A stretch of DNA of 64,000 bases, taken from the NCBI RefSeq assembly GCF_031769215.1, contig NW_026782707.1, positions 620,001 through 684,000 on the forward strand, read 5' to 3'. The number at the start of each line of letters is the position of its first letter. The first letter of the stretch is position 1. Of this stretch, positions 27,101 through 39,058 are shown one piece after another. The stretch is from Ylistrum balloti. Taxonomy: Eukaryota. The notes under the pieces were generated by a model. The model was not told where the DNA came from, made no database searches, and was given only the letters and a program-made list of their open reading frames with translations. Both the position numbers and the translations under genes were made by a program.

Positions 27101-29041
27101 TAAAACGGTAATATCAATAAGAATGACAGCTTTATAAGTGGTAGACAATGCTGATGGACGATTAGTTCATGAGGTTTGTCGTAGCATGCATGCCACGTTT
27201 AAGTTAATTTGAACACTGGCACGGTTCATAATATTCACATGCTCTTAACATTGTTCTAAAATGACCTGATATATGAATATTACGAAGTTAATCGAATTAT
27301 GGGGTTAGTGCACCTCCCTATCTAGGTTCTGACTTTTCTTTCGATTTTGGATTTTCCCTATATGTAGACTTCGTTATTTAAATCCTTAGCTCCTCGGATG
27401 ATGATACGACTTTATGATGCAGTAAATTCCTTCTTTGGCTCTACTTAATCTAACTCTAGACCAGAATTAAGAAATGTTATTCACCACTGTGTTCTTTGTT
27501 CAATCATATAGCTGAAGTGTACAGATAAAGGGGAACCGAGAGCTGAATTTCAAAGAGAATCGAGCAAGAACTTCATTGAAAAATAGTAGTAAGAAACATT
27601 AATTCCTCAATATTAATATGCTCGCTTGTCAGCCAAATTATTTTTTGTTCTGCTTAGACAAACCTAAAAGGGCATCACAGTACCTCCGAAGAAATAGCGA
27701 CAACAAATTTCCATCATCAAAGTACGAAATGACCGCCTGTCTGCTATTCTTTTTTTCTGATCAGTCGCAAAATTAGATTGGAGACCAATGAATAAATCCA
27801 CACATGATATTTGCTTCTCAAGAAATAACGACAAGTAAAAAGACATGAAGGCACATTTTGTCCCAAAATCAAACGAGCACACCTAGAGACCAAGAGGATC
27901 CTACACCATGATTTTCAGAAAGATCTATTCAGTGCTTCGGATGAAATAGTGATAACACGTTTTCATTGTCAAAATTCTAGATGCCCACATGTCAACCATT
28001 GAGTACAACAAAGAACAGAGAGGAATCTTCATACGAATGTTAAGAGAGATTCATAAGGGACAAAGGGGAACATCCAGATGAAGGCTGAGATAGATTCATT
28101 CAGTACATCTCATGAAATAGGGATAACAAAATCGTTACAGACGTACGACGGATGAGTGACAGACGCAAGGCGATTTGAATAAAGATATAATGTTTCCTCA
28201 TTTGAAACGTTAAATTGAATATTTGACACTTTATAGATTTATAAATTATGGCAAGACGTGGCTTCACCTTCAATTTTCTGTGGAGCATCTTCAAGCACTG
28301 GCGTCTTCCTTCAATAGAATAAAAAGATATACATTATTTATACACTTCAAATGTCATGTTACAAGATGATACCAGATACGTGAACATTTTCAACAAAAGC
28401 AAACAAGCCACAAATACATGTAATGAATTATGTACTAAGATCTGATTGTTGATACTTATTACAATCTCTGAGAACTTGGACGTTAGTTCTATCAGACTTA
28501 TCAAAGTGTTATATCATACACACGTTAACATCATCTTCGCACCCAACTAAAGACGTGAAAATAAGTTAGTAGAACCTTTTCTCAATAATTTATATCAAGA
28601 TGACTACTTACTTTTGCCGGGTTTCAATTTGTTCCAAGACTTTCCTATTAGTTTCCTCCACTTTCTCCAACACATGGCGAATAGTATGAATCTAAATTGA
28701 ACAAAGTAAAACATCAAAATAATGGGATGTGTTTTTCAGGCAATGTTGACGCGGATGATGTGAATTTCACTTTTATAAACATCCACATTTATCTACAGGA
28801 TGTTACATTTTACAGATAATTCATCATTAATCAGAACACAGGATTTAGGGAAGAATTTACTTCGTTTAGAAGGTCTAAACATCCACATTTATCTACAGGA
28901 TGTTACGTTTTACAGATAAATCATCATTAATCAGAACACGGGATTTAGTGAAGAATTTACCTCGTTTAGAAGGTCTTCACCAGACAATGTTTTTGTTCCC
29001 ACACGTTTCATTTGTGGTGTTCGCCTCATTACAGTCGTCAT
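18126..29041 (-). CDS. Gene B: coiled-coil/low-complexity - VWA - MIB/HERC2 x2 protein (~747 aa, 18 coding exons), no WWE
   Basis: Exon chain, 2244 nt, phase-consistent: 29041-28961, 28691-28612, 28308-28268, 26896-26356, 26125-26097, 25263-25162, 24966-24844, 24487-24365, 24079-23996, 23887-23748, 21530-21444, 21084-20995, 20772-20647, 19978-19789, 19573-19433, 19198-19113, 18750-18680, 18234-18126 (TAA). The ATG is preceded by an in-frame TAG in the same exon. The last exon is tentative because an N-gap lies in the preceding intron. Confidence 0.8.
18398..18598. other. Assembly gap (~200 N)
   Basis: Run of N in intron 17 of gene B. Confidence 0.99.
18680..19978 (-). CDS. Two MIB/HERC2 domains, gene B
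   Basis: LGTRVRRGPGWHYPDHQDNKGPGTV...VWVEWDN; then PGCYVKRGDNWSKGDEDGGPGTMGVV...VRWPNKKFSEYKFGSEGLFEV. Confidence 0.87.
20995..24966 (-). CDS. VWA domain exons of gene B
   Basis: GPDVVLCLDISQSM, NISVTTFG, GRSPIGGGL, IILISDG, IVYCVPVG, LEEISKCTGGKVF. Confidence 0.85.
22612..23456. repeat. 57-bp minisatellite, ~15 copies
   Basis: Unit GGGAAGTACGTGTTGCCTACATATATAGCCTACCCCCTTTCTGGTAATGTTACCAAG; intron 10 of gene B. Confidence 0.95.
28777..28976. repeat. 100-bp tandem duplication spanning the exon 1 donor of gene B
   Basis: 28777-28876 and 28877-28976 are near-identical and include the last 16 nt of exon 1 plus the intron start. Confidence 0.9.
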
Positions 29042-29329
29042 GGTCCTCAGGAATAACCTGTTCTACACAGCTGTGAAATAAACGAAAAATCATTTTGTTA
29101 AACTATAAACAACAACCTATACAGTGTGAACAACACTATGAACCTTTGCATCTCTTATATCTATCTTGTTAATTAGATAATTTCTATAAGTACCCTTATC
29201 ATGGTCGCTATATACCCCTACTTATGTCTCAATTAACACCTCTAAACATTGAGCCTTTTAAATCCCCTCATCTGTGTATATAAAACAGATAAAATAAAAC
29301 ATTGTACCGAGTTCAATATAAAAACTTCT

Positions 29330-30350
29330 ATATCTTTTGTACCGAGGTCCCTATCTAAACTCCTATATCCTTTGTACCGATGTCTCTATCAAAATTCCTA
29401 TATCCTTTGTAGCGAAGTCTCTTTTAAAACTCCTATATCCTTAGTACCCAGGTTTCTATATAAAAAAAAACTCCTATATCATTTGTACCGAAGTCTCTAT
29501 AAAAACTCCTATATCCTTTGTACTGAGGTCTCTATAAAAACTTCTGTATCTTTTGTACCGATGTCTCTATAAAAATGCCTATATCCTTTGTACCGAGGTC
29601 TCTATAAAAACTTCTATATCTTTTGTACCGATGTCTCTATAAAAATGCCTATATCCTTTGTACCGAGGTCTCTATAAAAACTCCTCTATCGTTTGTACCG
29701 ATGTCTCTATCAAAACTCCTATATCTTTTGTATTGAGGTCTCTAAAAAAACTCCTATATCCTTTGTACCGATGTCTCTATAAAAACGCCTATACGTTTGT
29801 ACCGAATTTTCTAAAAAAACTCCTATATCTTTTGTACCGATGTCTCTATAAAAACTCCTCTATCGTTTGTACTGAGGTCTCTATAAAAACTTCTGTATCT
29901 TTTGTACCGATGTCTCTATAAAAATGCCTATATCCTTTGTACCGAGGTCTCTATAAAAACTTCTATATCTTTTGTACCGATGTCTCTATAAAAATGCCTA
30001 TATCCTTTGTACCGAGGTCTCTATAAAAACTCCTCTATCGTTTGTACCGATGTCTCTATCAAAACTCCTATATTTTTTGTATTGAGGTCTCTAAAAAAAC
30101 TCCTATATCCTTTGTACCGATGTCTCTATAAAAACGCCTATACGTTTGTACCGAATTTTCTAAAAAAAACTCCTATATCTTTTGTACCGATGTCTCTATA
30201 AAAACTCCTCTATCGTTTGTACCGATGTCTCTATCAAAACTCCTATATCCTTTGTACCGAGGTCTCTATAAAAACACCTATGTCCTCTATATTGAGGTCT
30301 ACATAAAAAGTTCCTATATCTATATAAGAAATAACACTTTGTACCGAGGT
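29330..30350. repeat. Degenerate ~35-bp minisatellite with a 349-bp higher-order duplication
   Basis: Unit approx. TTTGTACCGATGTCTCTATAAAAACTCCTATATCC; the near-identical ORF-track starts at 29658 and 30007 differ by 349 bp. Confidence 0.85.
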
Positions 30351-30529
30351 CTCTGTAAACCGTACCTGTGTGTCAGCAATAGAACCAAGCTATCAATAGA
30401 CCCACTGCATTGCTTACACATACCTCTCAATAACACACGTACCCATCTCTCTTTAAGCACGGTACTACCTATCATTTTATAAACACATGAACCTATTCCT
30501 TAATTAACACCTGTATCTGTCTCATCATA

Positions 30530-31632
30530 AACACCTGAAGCCATCTCTTCAAACACCTATACTTGTCTCTTTATAAACACCTGTACCTGTCTCTATATAA
30601 ACACCTGTACCTGTCTCTTTATAATCACCTGTACCTATCTCTTTATAAACACCCGTACTTGTCTCTTTATAAACACCTGTACCTGTCTCTTAATAAACAC
30701 CTGTACTTGTTTCTTTATAAACAATTGTACCTGTCTCTTTATAAACACCTGTACTTGTCTCTTTATAAACACCTGCACCTGTCTCTTTATAAACACCTGT
30801 ACTTGTTTCTTTATAAACACCTGTACCTGTCTCTTTATAAACACCTGTACTTGTTTCTTTATAAACAATTGTACCTGTCTCTTTATAAACACCTGTACAT
30901 GTCTCTTTATAAACACCTGTACCTGTCGCTTAATAAACACCTGTACTTGTTTCTTTATAAACAATTGTACCTGCCTCTTTATAAACACATGTACTTGACT
31001 TTTTATAAACACTTGCACCTGTCTCTTTATAAACACCCGTACTTGTTTCTTTATAAACACCTGTACCTGTCTCTTTATAAACACCTGTACTTGTTTCTTT
31101 ATAAACAATTGTACCTGTCTCTTTATAAACACCTGTACTGGTCTCTTTATAAACACCTGTACCTGTCTCTTATTAAACACCTGTACTTGTTTCTTTATAA
31201 ACAATTGTACCTGTCTCTTTATAAACACCTGTACTTGTCTCTTTATAAACACCTGTACCTGTCGCTTAATAAACACCTGTACTTGTTTCTTTATAAACAA
31301 TTGTACCTGTCTCTTTATAAACACCTGTACTTGTCTCTTTATAAACACCTGTACCTGTCTCTTAATAAACACCTGTATTTGTTTCTTTATAAACAATTGT
31401 ACCTGTCTCTTTATAAACACCTGTATTTGTCTCTTTACTTGTCTCTTTATAAACACCTGTACCTGTCTCTTTATAAACACCTGTACTTGTCTCTTTACAA
31501 ACAATTGTACCTGTCTCTTTATAAGCATATATACCTGTCTCTTTATAAACACCTGTATCTGTCTCTTTGTAAACACATATATCAATCTCTTTATAAACAC
31601 CTGTACCTGTCTCTTTATAAACACTTGTACCT
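30530..31632. repeat. 24-bp minisatellite, ~45 copies
   Basis: Unit TGTACCTGTCTCTTTATAAACACC. Confidence 0.95.
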
Positions 31633-34600
31633 GTATTCCATCCTTTAGTAAGCTAATTAAGCTATTAACCACCAACTGCCATACCTGAACAGCCAATGTT
31701 TTATCCAACTGAATGTAACCCAACAGAAGCGAGACCACATTTCATCGGTATTTAGGTCTAACTTATCACGTTGTACATTCCTGTCTCTAACGATTGCTCA
31801 GTCCAGTCTCTACAGATCTACTTTCGTTTTCAAACAGTTCATAATTGGAACTGAGTTTATATAAGGCAAACAATACCTACCTGTATAATTACAGTTATTC
31901 ACAGGTGTGTCGGTATTGTTTGACTGGATAAAAACGGAAATTTCGTGTAAATAGGATCCACCTCGATCCTACTGACCGAGGTCACACAAACTGTTGTAAC
32001 GACAGTACATTTAAGTATACACGTACATATATATATACACTCGATGTTGGTCACTCCGTTGATCACCTCTACAATAGCTATTACACATCATCTCGCATTT
32101 AAAACAGTTGCTGGTTACTGTAAACGAATATAAACTTACCTTCCCAATAAATCGAGTCACATTTTGTAGTATATACCTCACTTCCCTTTTGGTTCTAGAC
32201 AGGGTTTACCCAAAGACTATAAATACATATCCTGTTGCTATTTAAAGTAGTAGCTATCACGTGACGTATTAGCATTGCGAGGTGCCCTTAAGGGAAACTT
32301 TGTTGTTGTCAGTATTTCAACACTTACAATTTTTATTTCATCATTTGAAAACTATAGATGATAGAATACACGAGACTTTAAGATTAAGTTCATTCATTAC
32401 TAAGAGTAAAACAGAGCAGCAGTTAGTCTTGTATATTGCCAATGGTGTAACAATAATATGTGTATGCTTAAACCTGCACTCGAATTCCATCGAGACATGT
32501 TTTCTTACTTCTGGTTTTATCTGTCTCGCTCCTTATCTACATCTTGTCTAAATTTATTCTATAATCCTAATTCCATAAAGTATTGTGTCTCAGCAGACTT
32601 TTGGAAAATAAATTTGTTATCCAAACAAAAATATATTTGTAAATTGCTTTGTACAGATATCATTAACTCTTTCTTTAACAATTTACGTTAACTAATCGTG
32701 TACAACATATTGGGTACCTGCCATGTTATAACCAGTAATTATCGACCAGTCCACTAACACCCGGGTATATAGATAGTATATGTGACAACAGGTGCTTACT
32801 TCAATCCTTCCCTTTTTCTTTGTTTCAGCTTGACAAATGTATCGACCCCTTGACTTTGGTGGTCCAGGTTGATTCATGTTTCCTCGCCTCCTGTGTATAT
32901 TGTAACACTACCCGCAAATGGTCACTGTTCTGGCGAGAACAATCAACCCGTATGACAAATCGTACAACATATTTGCCATTAAAGGTTATTCCGCAAAAAT
33001 ACACCCTTGACCTTCAAGCTGTGCGGGGAAATGTAAATCTATACTCTGTTTCTGTCGCCATTATATATATAAATCATTTAATCTTTTCTCTCAAACAGGA
33101 ATAAAACTTTGATATCCCTTGATATCATATACAGATTTTTTAAACCATGACAATGTGTAACACGCTTGATATATTTCCAAATAATTTAAAGACGTAATTG
33201 AAATCTGTATTCATTTTAACAAATTTTATTGACAAAATATGTTAATATAAATAACAGGCAAAGCCTATATAAATTCTCTCCATATATTTGCCATAGTAGA
33301 ATAAATGAATTGATTTACTCTTGGTATTTTCACAAGACTGAAATGAAAATAACACAAAATAATTAATACACAAATATAGAAAATGAAGGGAGATAACTCT
33401 CACACATCATATACACTATAGCATATATACATACATCACAAATACAACATTTTTTACAACGTCCTTTATACATTATATAGTGTATAGTCATCAACAGGTA
33501 TGACCTAAAATCTGTATTCAATTAAACGTTTTCAATTTAATACCACTGTCAATTCAAATAAAGAATTAGGTGCGGTATCATAAACAGTATATTGTTTATT
33601 CAAATACATTTGGTTGCTGATTTTGCAAATGGGTTGGGCAGTGAATTAAACTGCGTCATAGTTAATTAGTTCTAGGACGCGTAAGTGATGCTACGGATCG
33701 AAAGTGACAAAGTTCATTAAGATCAGTTTGTGTCTTGGTAAAGAACAAACTAGGACAAAGTTTGCGACCTTTCCGTGGTAAATATTTACTGGTCAACTTT
33801 CAGTCTAGGAAATGCTATAAGAACTTATAGATTGACACCATCATACTAAATTGATAGAATGTTCCTAATTTGATTAAGCAGGAAATGTCAGTGTGCTGAC
33901 TTAGAAAATTGAATTCTGTAATTAATCAAAAACGGTAAAACTCAACGCACATACCTTTAGTATTGTGATACTTAAACTGAAGCCCAAGACCGTTTATTTT
34001 AATTTGCAGCAGAACACGCAAAAGTAAGCAAACAAACCACATTATATTTGCATGTTTTATTACGTAGTTAAAGCAGTATCTTGCGAACCACACATAAAAG
34101 ATCATTCAAACAAACAACGAACTAGGTAGGGTTTTATTTTCAAGCTTTTACCTAACAAAAGTATCTTCTAAAAAAAACCAATACCTTTCTTGTATTAAGG
34201 GCTTTCGTAAGAGCATTTGGTAAACATGTCAGTCAGATATGTGTAGTTAACGATTCACAATACTAGCACAAAGTCCATACCATAGTTTCTAAGCTGTGAC
34301 CATACTATTGAAAATATTTGTATCAGCAATTGTACACGTCCTCTCATATATTTCTCTGAATTATTTCATACGCAATACTGCAGGTACAATCTATTTCAAA
34401 TTACTAAATATAAAAATATTGCACTCACTCAGCTGGTTGCTTTCCTCTCACACATACTAATAATATATTTACCATGCAACAACAATGCCATGAATCATGT
34501 GTTAAGTAATCGTGTTCGATCGGCAGCGAAAAACCAGTCAGTTAATCATAACAATACTCCTACACGCTGATAGAACAAGTTGCATAGAAAAAAGAAAAGC

Positions 34601-34748
34601 ACGCATTGTTCCAAAATTTGCACGTCAAGTTTGTCTTAATACATGGGAACGTAACATTATTCTCCGGTTTGGGGTATTGTTTATACTCGTGAAAATCCCA
34701 TGCGCATCAAAGCAACTTAAAGATGTAAGTTTTTATCTGATCATTGTT

Positions 34749-36141
34749 AAACAAGAGGCCCAAAAGGCCTGAATCGCTAACCTGTTTGTTAATTGACAAT
34801 TAGTTGTGCAATGTTAAAAGTGACTGAACAAGTTTTAAAAATCTTTTAAAAATTCAACACAGTTTACCTCGTGATGTTGAAAATTAAGAAAGGTTGTGCA
34901 GTTGAACAAACTTGGAAGCCATCATATCAGCATGTTACTGGTGAAATTTCAATATCTAAGGTTTTCTGGTTGTTTAGAATATGTTGTTATAGATGTTTTC
35001 AACCAATTTGACCAGGGTGACGTTGATTGCGGGTCGACAAGGTCATTCACTGGAACAACTAATACTGTAGTGATTTGGAAATTGACATTGTCAGCAGGGT
35101 ATTAAGATGGGGACTCAGGGTGGATGGCAAATGCGAAAGTATGAACTTTTACTTCACTAGATAGTTCAGTATAAAGATTGCAATTGTTATGTTATGGTCC
35201 AGCAATTATTTGAAGTTTTCAGAGGGAAGACAGGATTGAGTACAAGGCCAATCCTCACTATGAACTTGAAAGTGGGTCAAGGTCATTCATTTGAACAAAG
35301 CCCGGGCCTTTCAGTTAATGGAGAGAAGTCTTTTGAAGATATTTATACATTTGACCAATGTGACTTTGAAAATAGGTCAAGGTCATTCATTTGAACAAAA
35401 CTTTGCAGCCCTTCATCTCAGCAATATACAGGCCAAATATCAGTACCCTGGGTCTACCGGTTATTGATGAGTTCTTCCAAGATTTTAACATTCGGCCCTT
35501 GTGACTTTAAAGTGGGTCAAGGTCATTCATGTGAAGAATCTTGCTACATCTTTTAGTCCTTTTTCCCAGTATGCACAAGGTCCATTATTATTACCTCGGC
35601 ATTTCCCTTACTGAGAAGTATTTCAACCCCTTTGACTCATGTGACCTAAAATATAGGTCGAGGGAATTATTTTGAACATACAAAGTGTCATTCCTTTCCA
35701 GTAAGCCACAAGTCCAGCATCATTACCCTGGGTATTTCAGTTAATAGGAAGAAGTTGTTAGAAGGTTTTAATACATTTGACTCGTATGATGTTGAAGGTA
35801 GGTCAATGTCATTCATTTGAACAATTTTGGTAGCCCTTCATCCCAGCAAGCTACATGTTTAATATCAGTGCCCTGGGCATTTTGGTTATTAAGAAGTTCT
35901 TCCAAGATTTTAACATATTTGACCCCTTTGACCTCGAAAATGGAGAAGACGTTTGGATGTTTTTAAACGCATTTGGCCTTTGTGACATTGAAAGTGGGTC
36001 AAGGTCATTCATTTAAACAAACTTGGTTGACCTCCATTCAAGCATGTTACAGGCTCCAAATCAGCACCTTTCTGTTATTGAGAAGTTGTTTGAAGCGAAA
36101 AAAATATACGCCGGACGGACAATGGTTTATAATCATAATAG
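34749..36141 (+). mobile_element. Probable non-autonomous Helentron/Helitron-derived (HINE-like) element
   Basis: Begins AAACAAGAGGCCCAAAAGGCC...CGCT.ACCTG, has internal degenerate repeats of GGTCAAGGTCATTCATTTGAACAA, and ends near GCCGGACGGACAA. This resembles the bivalve non-autonomous elements as I recall them; not database-checked. Confidence 0.55.
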
Positions 36142-36625
36142 AATAATACTACCACTAGTGACGCTTAAATCCGAAAGTAAATCCTACAATGGTTTCGTAT
36201 AAATCTATCCCGTAAACGTGTGTGAAATGTAAAACATAAAACTACTTATCAAAATAGGAAAACAATTATGAAAGACAAATGTAGTACTGTTATTCATTAG
36301 ATCATCTCCAAGACATTTAATGCTAAAACTTATAGTAGCATCAATAACTACTTCTGTAATGGTAGGTGTTTTACTTTCCCGGTGGATATCAGCGTCACCT
36401 TCACTTTATGTTAGCACTGAAAAACAAAAACAATAATTATATAGAATATTCAAATTCGCCTTATAACAAAACATAAGAAACTAATGTTATTTAAGATTTA
36501 CAAAACATATTGAATATTTTTCGTATTACAGCAGATGCCGAGTAGCCAGTAAAACGTAACATAGGACAGAATGACTAGCGTTTTACATCATCATTAATCG
36601 TTTGTTGCTCAGTAAGACCCTGTAC

Positions 36626-39058
36626 TTAGATATAGCTACTATTACCTGTCCGTCGTATATGTACTGCTGTTTTTGTGTTGATTTCAATCTGCTGCATCTT
36701 TGTGAAAAGGAGCCGATACCTACAAAATGGATTAAACATAAATGTACAGTCTTCGTGCAAAGGCTGTTCTAAGTACAACGTACTCACTTATTTTTGGAAA
36801 ATGTGATGCAATTAACAATTGCCAAAAATATATCAGTCTCTCTTAATTATGAAATAGGACACTCGTTGATGCGTGAGTTCTAAGAAGCGGAAGTCTGTTG
36901 AATATTTCGTGTAATGGATAATTGTGAGTGTGCCCATCCAGATTTTGACATTTCAGCCTTCTTCAGTTGCCTTCTAGGCTTCGAATGTTATACCTTTATC
37001 ATCACTGATGAGTCCTAAAAGGACTAAACAGCTGTAAGCTTTAGCATCAATGACGAGTCCTAGAAGGACGAAACAGCACTATCATGTTACAATACTGACG
37101 AGTCCTAAAAGGACGAAACAGCTGTAAGCTGTAACAATACTGACGAGTCCTAGAGGGACGAAACAGCTGTAAGATGTAACATCACTGACGAGTCCTAGAA
37201 GGATGAAACAGCTGTAAGCTGAAGCATCACTGACGAGTCCTAGAAGGATGAAACAGCTGTAAGCTGTAACATCACTGACGAGTCCTAGAAGGATGAAACA
37301 GCTGTAAGCTGTAACATCACTGACGAGTCCTAGAAGGATGAAACAGCTGTAAGCTGTAACATCACTGTCGAGTCCTAGAAGGGCGAAACAGCAATATCAT
37401 GTAACAATACTGACGAGTTCTAGAAGGACGAAACATCTATAAGTTCTGTGTTATTATGAACGTGTCGTGTACCACAATTCTTTGTTATTATGAATTTCCC
37501 GATAAATGTCCTAAGTATTGAGTCATTATGTCCTGAGTTCTGGGTCATTATGTCCTGAACACTTGATCATTATGTCCTAAACACTGGGTTATTACGTCCT
37601 CAGTACTGGGTTATTATGTCCTAAACACTGGGTTATTAAGTCCTAAGTACTGGTATATTACGTCCTCAGTACTGGGTTAGTATGTCCTCAGTACTGGGTT
37701 AACATGTCCTAAGTACTGGGTTATTACGTCATCAGTACTGGGTTATTATGTCCTTAGTACTGGGTTAATATGTCCTAAGTACTGGGTCATTATGCCCTTA
37801 GTACTGGGTCATTATGTCCTCAGTACTGGGTTATTATGTCCTAAGTGCTTGGTTATAATGAATGTGTTATATGGGCCAATTTCATTTGTAGTCCTAATAC
37901 TTTCTGTCCTGATATCCACCTGTAACACTACACTCTTGTAGATTACGTACTCATCCATTCAATAATTTTAAATTTAGACAGACCAAATTGTATTTTTCTC
38001 AAGTGGACCACAAAAAATGAGATAAAATCTCAACACACAAACCCACCTAGCACATACAGCTCTTACAAATACATTTAACCAATGGATTAGTCTTTTTTTG
38101 TTCAAAATATGATAGAAAACAATATCACCTGGCCTTCATATTATGTCAATTAACAGTGAAAACAAACCATAGATAGCAAGAATGAGATTTAGCTCTGTTT
38201 ATTCAGTGGGGTGATATACCAATGTCCTTACCCTACACCGTCCATGTTGATGATGACGGTCCCACCTGGACGTTTGATATACCATTGTCCTTACCCTACA
38301 CCGTCCATGTTGATGATGACGGTCCCACCTGGACGTTTGATATACCAATGTCCTTACCCTGCACCGTCCATGTTGATGATGACGGTCCCACCTGGACGTT
38401 TGATATACCAATGTCCTTACCCTACACCGTCCATGTTGATGATGACGGTCCCACCTGGACGTTTGATATACCAATGTCCTTACCTTACACCGTCCATGTT
38501 GATGATGACGGTCCCACCTGGACGTTTGATATACCAATGTCCTTACCCTACACCGTCCATGTTGATGATGACGGTCCCACCTGGACGTTTGATATACCAA
38601 TGTCCTTACCCTACACCGTCCATGTTGATGATGTCGGTCCCACCTGGTCTTTTGATATACCAATGTCCTTACCCTGCACCGTCCATGTTGATGATGACGG
38701 TCCCACCTGGACGTTTGATATACCAATGTCCTTACCCTATACCAATGTCCTTACCCACCGTCCATGTTGATGATGACGGTCCCACCTGGACGTTTGATAT
38801 ACCAATGTCCTTACCTTACACCGTCCATGTTGATGATGACGGTCCCACCTGGACGTTTGATATACCAATGTCCTTACCCTACACCGTCCATGTTGATGAT
38901 GACGGTCCCACCTGGACGTTTGATATATGTGGCCTCTATCTTTCCATTGACGTTACCAGGGTAGTCACGGAACTGACCTCCACTGTCGACATACTGCCAC
39001 TTTACGCGGTAGTCAGCAGTAGGTGAGTCAGGCGATACGGGTGGTGTTGTTACATCGA
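36626..39058 (-). CDS. WWE domain (two exons), gene C
   Basis: VKWQYVDSGGQFRDYPGNVNGKIEATY...VIINMDGVG|YRLLFTKMQQIEINTKTAVHIRR fits the WWE pattern W.Y......W..Y......IE.AY....Y..DF..M.Q.N..T...R.VRR. Confidence 0.8.

Noticed and set aside
27660-28150. Coding-looking stretch in intron 3 of gene B
   Set aside because: Stops in the frames examined and no recognisable motif. It may be an old transposon remnant, but I cannot support a call.
30563-31738. 361-aa and 367-aa ORFs (LYLSLYKH / QVQVFIKR repeats)
   Set aside because: Artefact of a 24-bp tandem repeat that is open on both strands.
32692-33020. 61-aa ORF ending at a GAA|GTAAGC donor upstream of gene B
   Set aside because: It may be a 5' UTR exon, but it cannot extend gene B's CDS because exon 1 has an in-frame stop before the ATG. 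No homology is evident.
38199-39026. Three overlapping repetitive ORFs of 175-271 aa
   Set aside because: These are frames of the 63-bp donor-derived array. The real coding frame is exon 19 on the minus strand.
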